Assembly (NCBI RefSeq): GCF_938031315.1
Contig: NZ_CALHHT010000503.1
Coordinates: 1-36,508, forward strand
Direction of reading: 5' to 3'
DNA from: an uncultured Campylobacter sp.
GTDB lineage: Bacteria > Campylobacterota > Campylobacteria > Campylobacterales > Campylobacteraceae
DNA length: 36,508 bases
The translations under genes and the position numbers were made by a program. The notes beneath the pieces are model-generated. The model worked only from the letters and a program-made list of their open reading frames with translations, was not told the origin of the DNA and made no database searches. This document shows, in pieces, positions 18,038-28,366 of this stretch (position 1 is the first letter of the stretch; each line of letters opens with the position of its first letter).

Positions 18038-19373
18038 AATGCTTGGCTAGGTAGTTCGTATCGTAGTTGTTGCTCAAGAAATCGGGGTTGTTCATCATCA
18101 TCAGGTGAAAATCGCGGGTCGATTTTATGCCGCCGATGATGAGTTCGCCTAACGCAACCTTCATCTTCGCAATCGCGCGCTCGCGGTCCCTGTCGTGGAC
18201 GATGAGCTTGCCGATCATGCTGTCGTAGTAAGGCGGCACCGAGTAGCCCTCATAGACGTGGCTATCCATGCGCACGTTTCTGCCGCCCGGAGCGACGTAT
18301 TTTGTGATTTTGCCGGGGTTTGGCATAAAGCTTTTGGAGTCCTCGGCGGTGATGCGGCACTCAAGCGCGTGTCCGCTAAATTTTATCTCGCTTTGAGGCA
18401 GCAGCTTCTCGCCCTGTGCGATGCGGATCATCCACTCGATCAGATCGAGCCCGCTTCGCATCTCGCTTACGGTGTGTTCGACCTGTAAGCGGGTATTCAT
18501 CTCGATGAAATAGAATTTCTTATCCTTGCTGTCGTACAAAAACTCAAACGTTCCCGCGCTTGCGTATCCGATCGCCTTAGCGGCGCGAACCGCCGTTTCA
18601 TGCAGGCTTTTTCGCGTCTGCTCATCCAAGATTACGGCTGGGCTCTCTTCGATTAGCTTTTGGTGGCGGCGCTGCATCGAGCAGTCGCGCTCGCCGATAT
18701 GCACGACGCGACCGTGCTCGTCGCCCAAGACCTGAACCTCGATGTGGCGCGGGTTTGTGATATATTTTTCCATATACATCGTGCCGTCGCCGAACGCGCT
18801 CATCGCTTCGCTCTCTGCCGACCAAAAGAGCTTTTCGATATCCTCTTCGCGCTCGACCACGCGCATTCCGCGCCCACCGCCACCGGCTGCGGCTTTAATG
18901 ATGACCGGATAGCCGATTTCGGCGGCTAGCTTGCGTGCCTCTTCGACGCTTGCGATCGCGCCGTCGCTGCCCGGCACTACGGGGATGCCCGCGCGCATCA
19001 TTACTTGCTTGGCCTTGCTCTTATCGCTCATCAAGGTCATCGCCTCAACGCTCGGGCCGATAAATTTAATGCCATGTTTGGCGCAAATTTCGACGAAATT
19101 TTGACTTTCGCTCAAAAAGCCGTATCCCGGAAATATCGCGTCGGCTTCCGTTAGCTCGCACGCCGTGATGATTGCGGGGATATTTAGGTAGCTATCGCTG
19201 CTGCGCGGTCCGCCGATGCAGACCGACGCGTCGGCGTATTTCACGTAAAGCGCGTCCTGATCGGCGGTGGAGTGCACGACGATGGCTTGCTTGCCCATCT
19301 CTTGGATCGTGCGAAGCGCTCTAAGCGCTATCTCGCCGCGATTTGCGATTAGAATTTTCTTAAGCTCCCTCAT
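18036..19373 (-). CDS. accC: Acetyl-CoA carboxylase, biotin carboxylase subunit
   Basis: ILIANRGEIA, PGYGFLSE, KAAAGGGGRGMR, ERDCSMQRRHQK, EMNTRLQVEH and YYDSMIGKLI motifs; ATGA-type overlap with accB. Confidence 0.97.
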   Translation of the reverse strand: MRELKKILIANRGEIALRALRTIQEMGKQAIVVHSTADQDALYVKYADASVCIGGPRSSDSYLNIPAIITACELTEADAIFPGYGFLSESQNFVEICAKHGIKFIGPSVEAMTLMSDKSKAKQVMMRAGIPVVPGSDGAIASVEEARKLAAEIGYPVIIKAAAGGGGRGMRVVEREEDIEKLFWSAESEAMSAFGDGTMYMEKYITNPRHIEVQVLGDEHGRVVHIGERDCSMQRRHQKLIEESPAVILDEQTRKSLHETAVRAAKAIGYASAGTFEFLYDSKDKKFYFIEMNTRLQVEHTVSEMRSGLDLIEWMIRIAQGEKLLPQSEIKFSGHALECRITAEDSKSFMPNPGKITKYVAPGGRNVRMDSHVYEGYSVPPYYDSMIGKLIVHDRDRERAIAKMKVALGELIIGGIKSTRDFHLMMMNNPDFLSNNYDTNYLAKH

Positions 19374-19828
19374 AGCTTCTCGACCTCAAACAGCGCCATA
19401 GCGTATTCGACGGGTTGTCCGTCTTCGACGAGAGCTTTTTTGATGCGGCAGTCGAATTCCGCTTCGATCTCGTTCATAATCTTCATCGCTTCGATTATAC
19501 CGATCGTATCGCCTTTATGCACGACCTGGCCCACGCTTACGAACTCTGCCGCACCAGGACTTGGCGCTTTATAAAAAGTACCTACCATCGGGCTGTCGAT
19601 CGTATCCATCGAGCCTTTTGAGGCGGGCTTATCGCCCACGAGCACATTTACCGCAGGCGCAGCAAGCTGCGGGGCAGGTGCCGGTGCGGCGAGCTGAGGC
19701 GTGCTCCCACCGCATGGGCCATATTTTTTTATCTCGATCTCAAAATCTTTATCTTTAATTTTTAGCTCGTTAATGCCTTGCTTTTCGCCGAAAAAGTCCA
19801 TTAACTCTTTGATTTCTGCTTTTGTCAT
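19370..19828 (-). CDS. accB: Acetyl-CoA carboxylase biotin carboxyl carrier protein
   Basis: Ala/Pro linker, SPMVGTFY and EAMKIMNEI biotin motif. Confidence 0.97.
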   Translation of the reverse strand: MTKAEIKELMDFFGEKQGINELKIKDKDFEIEIKKYGPCGGSTPQLAAPAPAPQLAAPAVNVLVGDKPASKGSMDTIDSPMVGTFYKAPSPGAAEFVSVGQVVHKGDTIGIIEAMKIMNEIEAEFDCRIKKALVEDGQPVEYAMALFEVEKL

Positions 19829-20203
19829 AAATTTCTCCTGAAAAAATTTGCGAAATTTTAGCTAAATTTTTATAATTGTTTCTTTAAACGGATTTTTGCG
19901 GGACTTTTAAGAAGTGCAAAGCAAAATTTACGACAGAATTTGCGGACTGATTTTAAGGATTTACGGAGCGAGATTTGCCTCGTTCATTTTAAGCTCGAAC
20001 TTCGCAAGCGAAACACGAAATTTTGCCGTAAGAGCGCAGGATGATTTTAAATCCTTTAAATTTAGCACTTAATTTTACGACCGAAATTCTACGCCCAAGC
20101 CCCGAGCGCGAAAATTCCGTGCCTTGCTTTTCTTTAAAATTTTATGCCGAAACATTATTTTAAAGCCTCGTGCCGAAATTCTATCCACGCGAAGCCCTAT
20201 GTG

Positions 20204-21262
<1,059 letters not shown>

Positions 21263-21333
21263 TTAAAAAGTGATAAAATTTTTATAATTTAAGCAAAATT
21301 CTAGCATAAAATTTTTATTATATTTTATTTTGC

Positions 21334-21342
21334 TGCTATAAT
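21334..21342 (+). promoter_or_regulatory. Extended -10 promoter (TGCTATAAT) for the dcd-topA operon
   Basis: Perfect TGn-TATAAT 34 nt upstream of the dcd ATG; AAGGA RBS. Confidence 0.7.
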
Positions 21343-21376
21343 GCGCGAAAAATTTTGATTATTTTAAGGAAATTTT

Positions 21377-21940
21377 ATGGGACTGAAAAGCGATAAATGG
21401 ATCAGGCAGATGTCGCAGCAGCACGATATGATAGCGCCCTTTTGCGAGGAAAATATCGGCCGAGGCGTCGTTAGCTACGGACTTTCGAGCTACGGATACG
21501 ACATACGCGTAGCGCGCGAATTTAAAATTTTTACAAACGTCGGCGGAACGGTCGTCGATCCTAAAAATTTCGACGCAAAAAACGTCGTGGATTTTGAGGG
21601 CGACGTCTGCATCGTGCCGCCGAATTCCTTCGCGCTAGCGCGCACTATCGAATACTTCAAAATGCCGCGCGACGTGCTTGCGATCTGCCTGGGCAAAAGC
21701 ACCTACGCGCGCTGCGGCATCATCGTAAACGTAACGCCGTTTGAGCCGGGCTTTGAAGGGCATATCACGATTGAAATTTCCAACACCACGCCGCTGCCTG
21801 CAAAAATTTACGCGAACGAAGGCATCGCGCAGGTTTTGTTTCTGCAAGGAGACGAGCCGTGCGAGGTGAGCTACTGCGATAAAAAGGGCAAATACCAAAG
21901 CCAAAAGGGCATCACGCTGCCTAGAATTCTAAAGGATTAA
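21377..21940 (+). CDS. dcd: dCTP deaminase
   Basis: [39 protein letters not shown] and KYQ motifs. Confidence 0.97.
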   Translation: MGLKSDKWIRQMSQQHDMIAPFCEENIGRGVVSYGLSSYGYDIRVAREFKIFTNVGGTVVDPKNFDAKNVVDFEGDVCIVPPNSFALARTIEYFKMPRDVLAICLGKSTYARCGIIVNVTPFEPGFEGHITIEISNTTPLPAKIYANEGIAQVLFLQGDEPCEVSYCDKKGKYQSQKGITLPRILKD

Positions 21941-21943
21941 GCA

Positions 21944-24175
21944 ATGAAAAATTTAATCATCGTAGAATCCCCCGCAAAAGCCAAAACTATCAAAAATTTC
22001 TTAGGCGCCGATTACGACGTAATCGCGTCTAAAGGCCATATCCGCGACCTTCCTAAAAAACGCTTCGGCATCAAAATCAAAGATAAAAGCTTCGAGCCCG
22101 AATACGAAATCAGCGCCGATCACGATCAGATCGTAAAGCAGATAAAGACGCTCGCTAAAAAGGCGGATCAAATTTACCTCGCGACGGACGAGGACCGCGA
22201 GGGCGAGGCGATCGCCTATCATATCGCCGCTTCGATCGGCAAGCAGGCGCAGGAGCTGCCGCGCATCGTATTTCACGAGATCACCAAAAGCGCGATCTCA
22301 AACGCGCTAAGCTCGCCGCGCAAGCTGAATATCGCAAGCGTAAACGCCCAACAAGCGCGCCGCCTGCTCGATCGCATCGTGGGCTACAAGCTAAGTCCGC
22401 TTTTAAATTTAAAGATCCAGCGCGGCTTAAGCGCGGGTCGCGTCCAAAGCGCCGCGCTTAAAATCGTCGTCGATCGCGAGCGCGAAATTTTAAATTTTAA
22501 GCCGGTAGAATTTCACAGCATCGACGCGGTTTTTAAGAAGGATTTAGAAGCCGAGCTCGTGGAATTTCGCGGCAAAAAGATGGAAAAGCTCTCGGTCAAA
22601 AACGCGGCGCAGGCTAGCGAGATCGTCCTGACGCTGCAAAAAGACAGATTTAGCGTAGATAGTATCGAGAGCAAATCGCGCAAAACGAACCCCTACCCGC
22701 CGTTTATGACCTCGACGCTACAGCAAGCAGCGAGCACGGCTCTGGGCTTTAATCCGCGCAAGACGATGAGCCTCGCGCAGAGCCTTTACGAAGGCGTCAA
22801 TACCAAAAACGGCGGCGCGATCACCTATATGCGAACCGACTCGCTAAATATCGCTAAAGAAGCGATCGCGGCGGCTCGCGAGTTGATCGAGCAGTGCTTC
22901 GGCGAAAAGTATCTGCCGAAAAGTCCGAATTTATACGCCACCAAAAGTAAAGGCGCGCAGGAAGCGCACGAAGCGATAAGGCCTACCGATCTAAAGCTTA
23001 CCCCCGAGCTCGCGCAAAAAATCCTGCCTCGCGACGAATACCGCCTTTACGCGCTCATCTACAACCGCTTCATAGCCTCGCAGATGAGCCCTAGCGTCTC
23101 GCAGATCCAAACGATCATCGTGCGCGGCGAAGCGGGCGCGTTTAAGATCAGCGGACGCAAGGTGGAATTTGACGGATTTTACAAAGCTTACGGCGATCTG
23201 GATAAGGATAAAATTTTACCGAACTTTGATACGGGCGACGCGATGAGCCTGCAAAGCTTAAGCTCGCAGCAACACTTCACCGAGCCGCCGGCGCGCTATT
23301 CGGAAGCTAGCCTCATCAAAAAGCTCGAAAGCCTCGGCATCGGCAGGCCCTCGACCTATGCGCCTACCATCTCGCTGCTTACTGCGCGCAACTACGTAAA
23401 TATCGAGCAAAAGCATCTGGTGCCGAGCGAGATCGCCTTTAAGATCACCGAGATGCTGGAGCAAAATTTTAAAAATATCGTCGATAGCGAGTTTACCTCC
23501 AAAATGGAAGAGAAGCTCGACGACATCGCCGAAAACAAAGCGGACTGGCAGCAAATTTTGGCGGATTTTTACTACCCTTTTATGGACGAGATCGCCAAAG
23601 GAAAAACCTCGATCGCAAGCCAAAAGCTAGCCGAAAAGATCGGTGAAACCTGCCCGAACTGCGGCGGCGAGCTACTTAAGCGCCAGGGCAGATTCGGCGA
23701 GTTTATCGCTTGCTCGAACTATCCGAAATGCAAATACTCGCGCAACGCGGACGCCAGCGCCGAGGGGGCAAGCGAGGAGAAGGCGGCGCCCGAAGTGCTA
23801 GATGAGAAATGCCCGCAGTGCGGTAAAAATTTGATCAAACGCAAGGGCAGATACGGCGAGTTTATCGCTTGCGAGGGCTATCCGAAGTGCAAATACTCGC
23901 GCAAAATCGAGGGCGCGGCAAAGGAGAAAAAGCCGCTCATCTCCACCGGCGTTAAGTGCCCGAGCTGCGGCACGGGCGAGATCGTCGAGCGCTTCTCCAG
24001 ACGCGGCAAATTCTACGGCTGCACGAACTACCCAAAGTGCGGCTTTGTGAGCAACTACGCGCCGATTGCGCGCGCATGCCCGCAGTGCGGCAACTCATAC
24101 ATGCTCCGCAAAGAGCTGAAAAAAGGCAACTTCGCCGAGTGCCCGCAGTGCAAACTTAAAGAAGAGATCGATTGA
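21944..24175 (+). CDS. topA: DNA topoisomerase I with four C-terminal C4 zinc ribbons
   Basis: IVESPAKAKTI, ATDEDREGE, SAGRVQS, ITYMRTDS (catalytic Tyr), AQEAHEAIRP and GIGRPSTY motifs. Confidence 0.98.
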   Translation: MKNLIIVESPAKAKTIKNFLGADYDVIASKGHIRDLPKKRFGIKIKDKSFEPEYEISADHDQIVKQIKTLAKKADQIYLATDEDREGEAIAYHIAASIGKQAQELPRIVFHEITKSAISNALSSPRKLNIASVNAQQARRLLDRIVGYKLSPLLNLKIQRGLSAGRVQSAALKIVVDREREILNFKPVEFHSIDAVFKKDLEAELVEFRGKKMEKLSVKNAAQASEIVLTLQKDRFSVDSIESKSRKTNPYPPFMTSTLQQAASTALGFNPRKTMSLAQSLYEGVNTKNGGAITYMRTDSLNIAKEAIAAARELIEQCFGEKYLPKSPNLYATKSKGAQEAHEAIRPTDLKLTPELAQKILPRDEYRLYALIYNRFIASQMSPSVSQIQTIIVRGEAGAFKISGRKVEFDGFYKAYGDLDKDKILPNFDTGDAMSLQSLSSQQHFTEPPARYSEASLIKKLESLGIGRPSTYAPTISLLTARNYVNIEQKHLVPSEIAFKITEMLEQNFKNIVDSEFTSKMEEKLDDIAENKADWQQILADFYYPFMDEIAKGKTSIASQKLAEKIGETCPNCGGELLKRQGRFGEFIACSNYPKCKYSRNADASAEGASEEKAAPEVLDEKCPQCGKNLIKRKGRYGEFIACEGYPKCKYSRKIEGAAKEKKPLISTGVKCPSCGTGEIVERFSRRGKFYGCTNYPKCGFVSNYAPIARACPQCGNSYMLRKELKKGNFAECPQCKLKEEID

Positions 24176-25368
24176 TAATAGGCGTCATCTCGGACTCTCA
24201 TCGCGAAACAAAGGTCGCTGCCAGCGCCATAGAGTGGCTGCTTGCGCGCGGAGCGGATCTGCTCGTGCATGCAGGCGACATCGTCGAGAGCGAGACGCTG
24301 CGGCTTTTGCGACAAAGCGGCAAGCCCTACTTTGCGGTTTTAGGGAACAACGACGAAGCGCTTGCGGAGCTAAAAAATGACTTCAACCTGCACGACGAGC
24401 CCTTTTGCACGGAGTTTGCGGAACTACGACTAAAAATAATGCACCATCCGTTTTATCTCTTTGACGAGGAGCCCACAGCGCAAAACGAAGCAGACGGGTT
24501 AAATTTAGACGCGGATTTAGGTGCGGGTGCGGATCGCGCGGTAAATTTTCGCAGTGATTTCGGCGCAGACCTAGCCAAAAATTTAATTAGCGGCGAAGCG
24601 AGCAGCGACCTGAATTTAGGCTCAAACCGCAGCGCGGATCGCGGGGAAATTTTAATCTCAAATTCTAAAACAGCGAGTTGCTCGGCAAATTTAGACGCAA
24701 ATTCTAATGGCGCGGACGTTGATAAAATTTTAGATAGTGCGCACAGTACAGATGCGAATTTTAAAAACATAGGTAGCGCAAGCACAAATTTAAAAAGCGT
24801 GCAGTTCGCAAGTCTAAATGCGAGCTTGAGCTTGAATGTGGGCGCGAACTCAAACGTAAATTTAGACTTAGGCGCGGATCTCGCTTCGGGCACGAACGCA
24901 AATTTAAACTCAAATGCAAGCGCGAATTTGGCCGCCAATGTGGGCTCGGGTATGAACTCAAAAGCGAGCTTGAGTGCGGATCGCGCAGCAAATTTAACGG
25001 CGCCGAGTTTAAATGTAAATTTATCCACGCCGAACTTGAGCGCAAATTTAGTCGCACCAAACTTGAACTCAAATTTGATCGCAAGTTCGGGTACCAATAC
25101 AAGCGGAGAAAGTAAAAATCGGGGTCCGTGCAGGCGAGACGCGGATAAAATTCCAACTATCAAAATTTACGGCCACACCCATTTTTTCGCCGCGGCGGTA
25201 GATAAAAACGGCACTCTCGTGCTAAATCCGGGCGAGATTTGCGGACGCAAAAAGCGGCTTTTCGAGTTTGCCTACGTCGTGGCACAAGGCGGGAAATTCC
25301 GCGTATTTCACGTCTGTGCCGCACCTGAAAAAATTCTGAAATGGCAAGAACGCGAGATAAAACTATGA
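24172..25368 (+). CDS. YfcE-family metallophosphoesterase with a ~230-aa low-complexity insertion
   Basis: SDSH, HAGD, GNND, HHP, GHTH and NPGE motifs. An N/S/L/A-rich insert lies between HHPFYL and IYGHTH. The TTG start overlaps the topA stop. Confidence 0.85.
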   Translation: MIIGVISDSHRETKVAASAIEWLLARGADLLVHAGDIVESETLRLLRQSGKPYFAVLGNNDEALAELKNDFNLHDEPFCTEFAELRLKIMHHPFYLFDEEPTAQNEADGLNLDADLGAGADRAVNFRSDFGADLAKNLISGEASSDLNLGSNRSADRGEILISNSKTASCSANLDANSNGADVDKILDSAHSTDANFKNIGSASTNLKSVQFASLNASLSLNVGANSNVNLDLGADLASGTNANLNSNASANLAANVGSGMNSKASLSADRAANLTAPSLNVNLSTPNLSANLVAPNLNSNLIASSGTNTSGESKNRGPCRRDADKIPTIKIYGHTHFFAAAVDKNGTLVLNPGEICGRKKRLFEFAYVVAQGGKFRVFHVCAAPEKILKWQEREIKL

Positions 25369-26504
25369 ATGAAATTTACGTCCTAATCGCGCTATCGTTT
25401 TTGATATTTGCTTCGCCCTTTTTGGCTAGCTTAGCTAGAATTCCGCTCTCGCCTATGGAGATCATGCTTGGCATCATAGCCGCAAATTTAGGGCTTTTGC
25501 CGCCAAGCGCGACCTTCGATCTAGCCGCGCAGATCGGCTTTTGCTACCTTATGTTTTTGGCGGGCTGCGAGGTGGATTTCCGCGCGCTGCTTGCGATGCC
25601 GCGCAAAATTTTGCGGCTGATCCTAATCTTTTTGGCGCTGCTTTATATCCTAAGCGCGCTTGCGGTTTGGATGTTTGAACTGCCGCAGATGCTTATCATC
25701 GCAGCGCCTCTGATGAGCGTCGGGCTGCTTTCGGCGCTGTATAAGGAATACGGCAAGGATCAAGCGTGGCTCAATCTCGCGATGCCCGCGGGCGTGATCG
25801 GCGAGCTCATCAGCATCGCCGTCCTCACGGTGGGCGGCATCTACCTTAAAAACGGCTTCGGCGTCGAGATGGCGCTTCACATCGGCGCGCTTTTGGGCTT
25901 TTCGGCGGCCGCGCTAGCGGTTTTTAAAGGGCTTGAAATTCTATTTTGGTGGTTCCCCGCGCTAAAAACGGTCATCATGCCCAAATACGACAAAAACGAA
26001 AAGGACGTGCGATTTGCGATGGCGCTGTTTTGCCTCATCTGCGCCGGAGTGATGCTTTTGGGGCTTGAGGTCGTAATCGGCGCCTTCATCGCAGGCACCT
26101 TTCTGCCGACCTTTTTCTCGCACAAGGACGACCTCATCGAGAAGCTATCGTCGTTCGGCTTCGGCTTTTTGGTGCCGATATTTTTCATACACACCGGAGC
26201 CGTGATCAAGCTTGAGGCGCTTCTTATGCCCGGAGTGATGAGTTTTGCCGCGAGCCTAGCGGCGCTAATGTTTGGTATCAGACTGCTTGCGAGCGCTACG
26301 TTTTTAAACACCTTGGGGCGCAAAGGCGCGGCGCTTTTCGCACTATCGCTTTCTATGCCTCTGACGCTAGTGATCGCCACGGCGACGCTTTTTTACTCCA
26401 CCGCCGCGATCTCGCAAGAGATATACTTCGCGATGATCATCGCCTCGCTCATAGAGGCGCTCGCGTCGATGATTTTGATAAATTTGATTTACAAGAAATT
26501 TTAG
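25365..26504 (+). CDS. Cation:proton antiporter (CPA2 family)
   Basis: Many TM helices; EIMLG, GFCYLMFLAG.E, IGAFIAG and GFLVPIFFI motifs. The likely start is ATG 25365, an ATGA overlap with the upstream stop. Confidence 0.88.
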   Translation: MNEIYVLIALSFLIFASPFLASLARIPLSPMEIMLGIIAANLGLLPPSATFDLAAQIGFCYLMFLAGCEVDFRALLAMPRKILRLILIFLALLYILSALAVWMFELPQMLIIAAPLMSVGLLSALYKEYGKDQAWLNLAMPAGVIGELISIAVLTVGGIYLKNGFGVEMALHIGALLGFSAAALAVFKGLEILFWWFPALKTVIMPKYDKNEKDVRFAMALFCLICAGVMLLGLEVVIGAFIAGTFLPTFFSHKDDLIEKLSSFGFGFLVPIFFIHTGAVIKLEALLMPGVMSFAASLAALMFGIRLLASATFLNTLGRKGAALFALSLSMPLTLVIATATLFYSTAAISQEIYFAMIIASLIEALASMILINLIYKKF

Positions 26505-26509
26505 GGCGG

Positions 26510-26555
26510 GAATTTTGAAATTACAGGACTTTGTAATTTTAGAATTTCAAAATTC
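26510..26555. terminator. AT-rich hairpin between convergent genes
   Basis: GAATTTTGAAATT…AATTTCAAAATTC inverted repeat, with an internal AAATTACA…TGTAATTT stem. Confidence 0.45.
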
Positions 26556-26622
26556 TGCGAAATTTTAGAATTCTATGAAATTTGATTTGGTGCGGGGTTG
26601 AAATAGAGTTAAATTTAAAGCC

Positions 26623-27090
26623 CTATTTTGCGGCGCAATCGGTTAGATCTTGTAGTTCCATGGTGTAGTTTGGCTCCTCTCCGAACAAATCACGATCTCT
26701 ATATACCTCTAAAATTTCTTTTAGTAAATACAAAATATCTTGCTTATTAAGACTTTGCGTATGATTTGGTTTTAAATCTAGGAGTTTCCAGATTCTATGA
26801 AATTTTTCTGGTTTTAAAGTTCTGTTTTTAATAATTTCATAATCCATAATCAACTCTAGTAATTCATTATTATAATATAGAATCCAAATAGTCTCTGTAC
26901 TAAGAGCATGATCAAACTCATTACTAGGAAAGTTATGAAGACACCACATCCAACAATTTCTACTTTTGTCAATAGCCCATTTTCGTTTGTTAATAAATTC
27001 TTTATACGGCGGATTATATTTATAAAATATTTCACTCAATCCATACTTTTTATCATCCTCTTTAGTGATGATTACATTTTCAAATGCCAT
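26623..27090 (-). CDS. Hypothetical protein, 155 aa, markedly AT-rich
   Basis: AAGGAG RBS; Trp/Tyr-rich; visibly much lower GC than the flanking genes. Confidence 0.75.
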   Translation of the reverse strand: MAFENVIITKEDDKKYGLSEIFYKYNPPYKEFINKRKWAIDKSRNCWMWCLHNFPSNEFDHALSTETIWILYYNNELLELIMDYEIIKNRTLKPEKFHRIWKLLDLKPNHTQSLNKQDILYLLKEILEVYRDRDLFGEEPNYTMELQDLTDCAAK

Positions 27091-27439
27091 CTACGCTCCT
27101 TGGAATTTAAAATTTAGCGTGCAAACAGAAATTTCAAGTGCAAATTTAGGCGAAATCCACGACGCAGCTGAAACGACAAGCATGGAAATTTCAAACTCGC
27201 CGCGCTTAAAGATAGACCGGCGAGATTGCCGCGACCGCTAACTCTGCTCGCCGCGGATATATTTGCTTCCGCTAGCCGTAGCAAAGCAAAAGCGACTCGT
27301 TAGCAAAGCTAGCGATAAAAATTAATCGCAACCCATATGCAAGATAGCATAACTGCACGATCTGCGGGCGGGTTAGCAAAACCAAAGCGAGCCGATTAAA
27401 ATTTAAGCTTTAGCTTGCGGCGCTTAAAAGCCGACTTAA

Positions 27440-27482
27440 GCCTAGACGCTATGCGGGCAATATGCCGCGACACGGCGTCTAA
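27440..27482 (-). terminator. Hairpin after the USP gene
   Basis: TAGACGC…GCGTCTA outer stem with an inner GGCA-ata-TGCC, just past the stop at 27491; no clear U-tract. Confidence 0.35.
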
Positions 27483-27490
27483 GCCTCAAG

Positions 27491-28345
27491 CTACATTAAG
27501 ACCGGAATTTTGGTCTTTTGCAGGAAGTATTTCGACGCGCCGCCTAGGAATATCTCCTTGATGCCGCTGTCTGAGTGCAAGCCCGCGACGATTAGATCGA
27601 AATCGCCCGCATCGGCATACTCTAGCAGCACCTGCCCCGGGATCTTGCCGTCCGCGTTTAGCGTCTCGAAAGCATCGATATTAACGTCGTGCAGCGCCAA
27701 ATAATCGCTTATTCGGCGCTTCGTTTCGGGGATGCCCTCTTGGAGGTAGTGGTTTGCGGTGATGACGGTGACGGACTTGGCGCGCTGCAAAAGCTCCAGC
27801 CAATTATCAAGAGCTCGCGCCGAGGCCGCAGTGCCGGTAAGCGAGACTAAAATTTTATCCGCCTTAAACTCCTGCAGCTTGCGCGGTATGACGATGCAAG
27901 GCTTGCCGCTTTTGGTGACCGCCGCCTCGAACGTGCCCGTGATAGAGCCAGTAGGCGGCACGGAGACCAGCACCAAATCGCAATATTTGGAGTATTTCTC
28001 GACCAGCTCGGAGCGGATGCCCACCATATGCCTCAAAGCGGCGCTATTTGGGACGTGATCGTCGTCGTTTTGATCCAAATCGAGCTTGGCGCATTCGGCG
28101 TCGAAGATCGCCTTGATCTCCTCGCGCTCAGCCCTCATCTCATCGCCCGCAGATTTTAAAAATTCCTCCATCAGTACGCCGCCTTTTAGCGTCATACGGA
28201 CATTATAGATCATCTTAGGATCGAGCTGGCACGCCATTATGTTTATATGCGTACCGAAAAATTTATTCACGAGCAGCGCTCCGTGTATGCGCTCGGCTAG
28301 CTCCTCGCCGCCGCCGATAGGGAAAAAAATCTTTTTAAGCTGCAT
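27491..28345 (-). CDS. Universal stress protein (tandem USP domains)
   Basis: KILVSL…ARAL, DLIVAG…IKEIFLGGASKYFL…IPVLM C-terminal USP signature. Confidence 0.85.
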   Translation of the reverse strand: MQLKKIFFPIGGGEELAERIHGALLVNKFFGTHINIMACQLDPKMIYNVRMTLKGGVLMEEFLKSAGDEMRAEREEIKAIFDAECAKLDLDQNDDDHVPNSAALRHMVGIRSELVEKYSKYCDLVLVSVPPTGSITGTFEAAVTKSGKPCIVIPRKLQEFKADKILVSLTGTAASARALDNWLELLQRAKSVTVITANHYLQEGIPETKRRISDYLALHDVNIDAFETLNADGKIPGQVLLEYADAGDFDLIVAGLHSDSGIKEIFLGGASKYFLQKTKIPVLM

Positions 28346-28366
28346 CTTTACGCTCCTATTAAAATT

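Noticed and set aside
24460..25140. Intein or intron explanation for the phosphoesterase insertion
   Set aside because: No intein splice-junction residues or homing-endonuclease motifs, and no group I/II intron features; the sequence is low-complexity.
24453..25163. 236-aa antisense ORF coinciding almost exactly with the phosphoesterase insertion
   Set aside because: In this frame an antisense stop needs a sense Tyr, His or Gln codon after a pyrimidine, and the insert is nearly devoid of those residues. The open frame is a compositional by-product; its FKF-rich translation mirrors the AAATTT repeats.
27091..27490. Possible ncRNA or element in the 400-nt gap (short TAGCAAA repeats)
   Set aside because: The repeats are short and irregular, with no recognisable RNA family or element ends.
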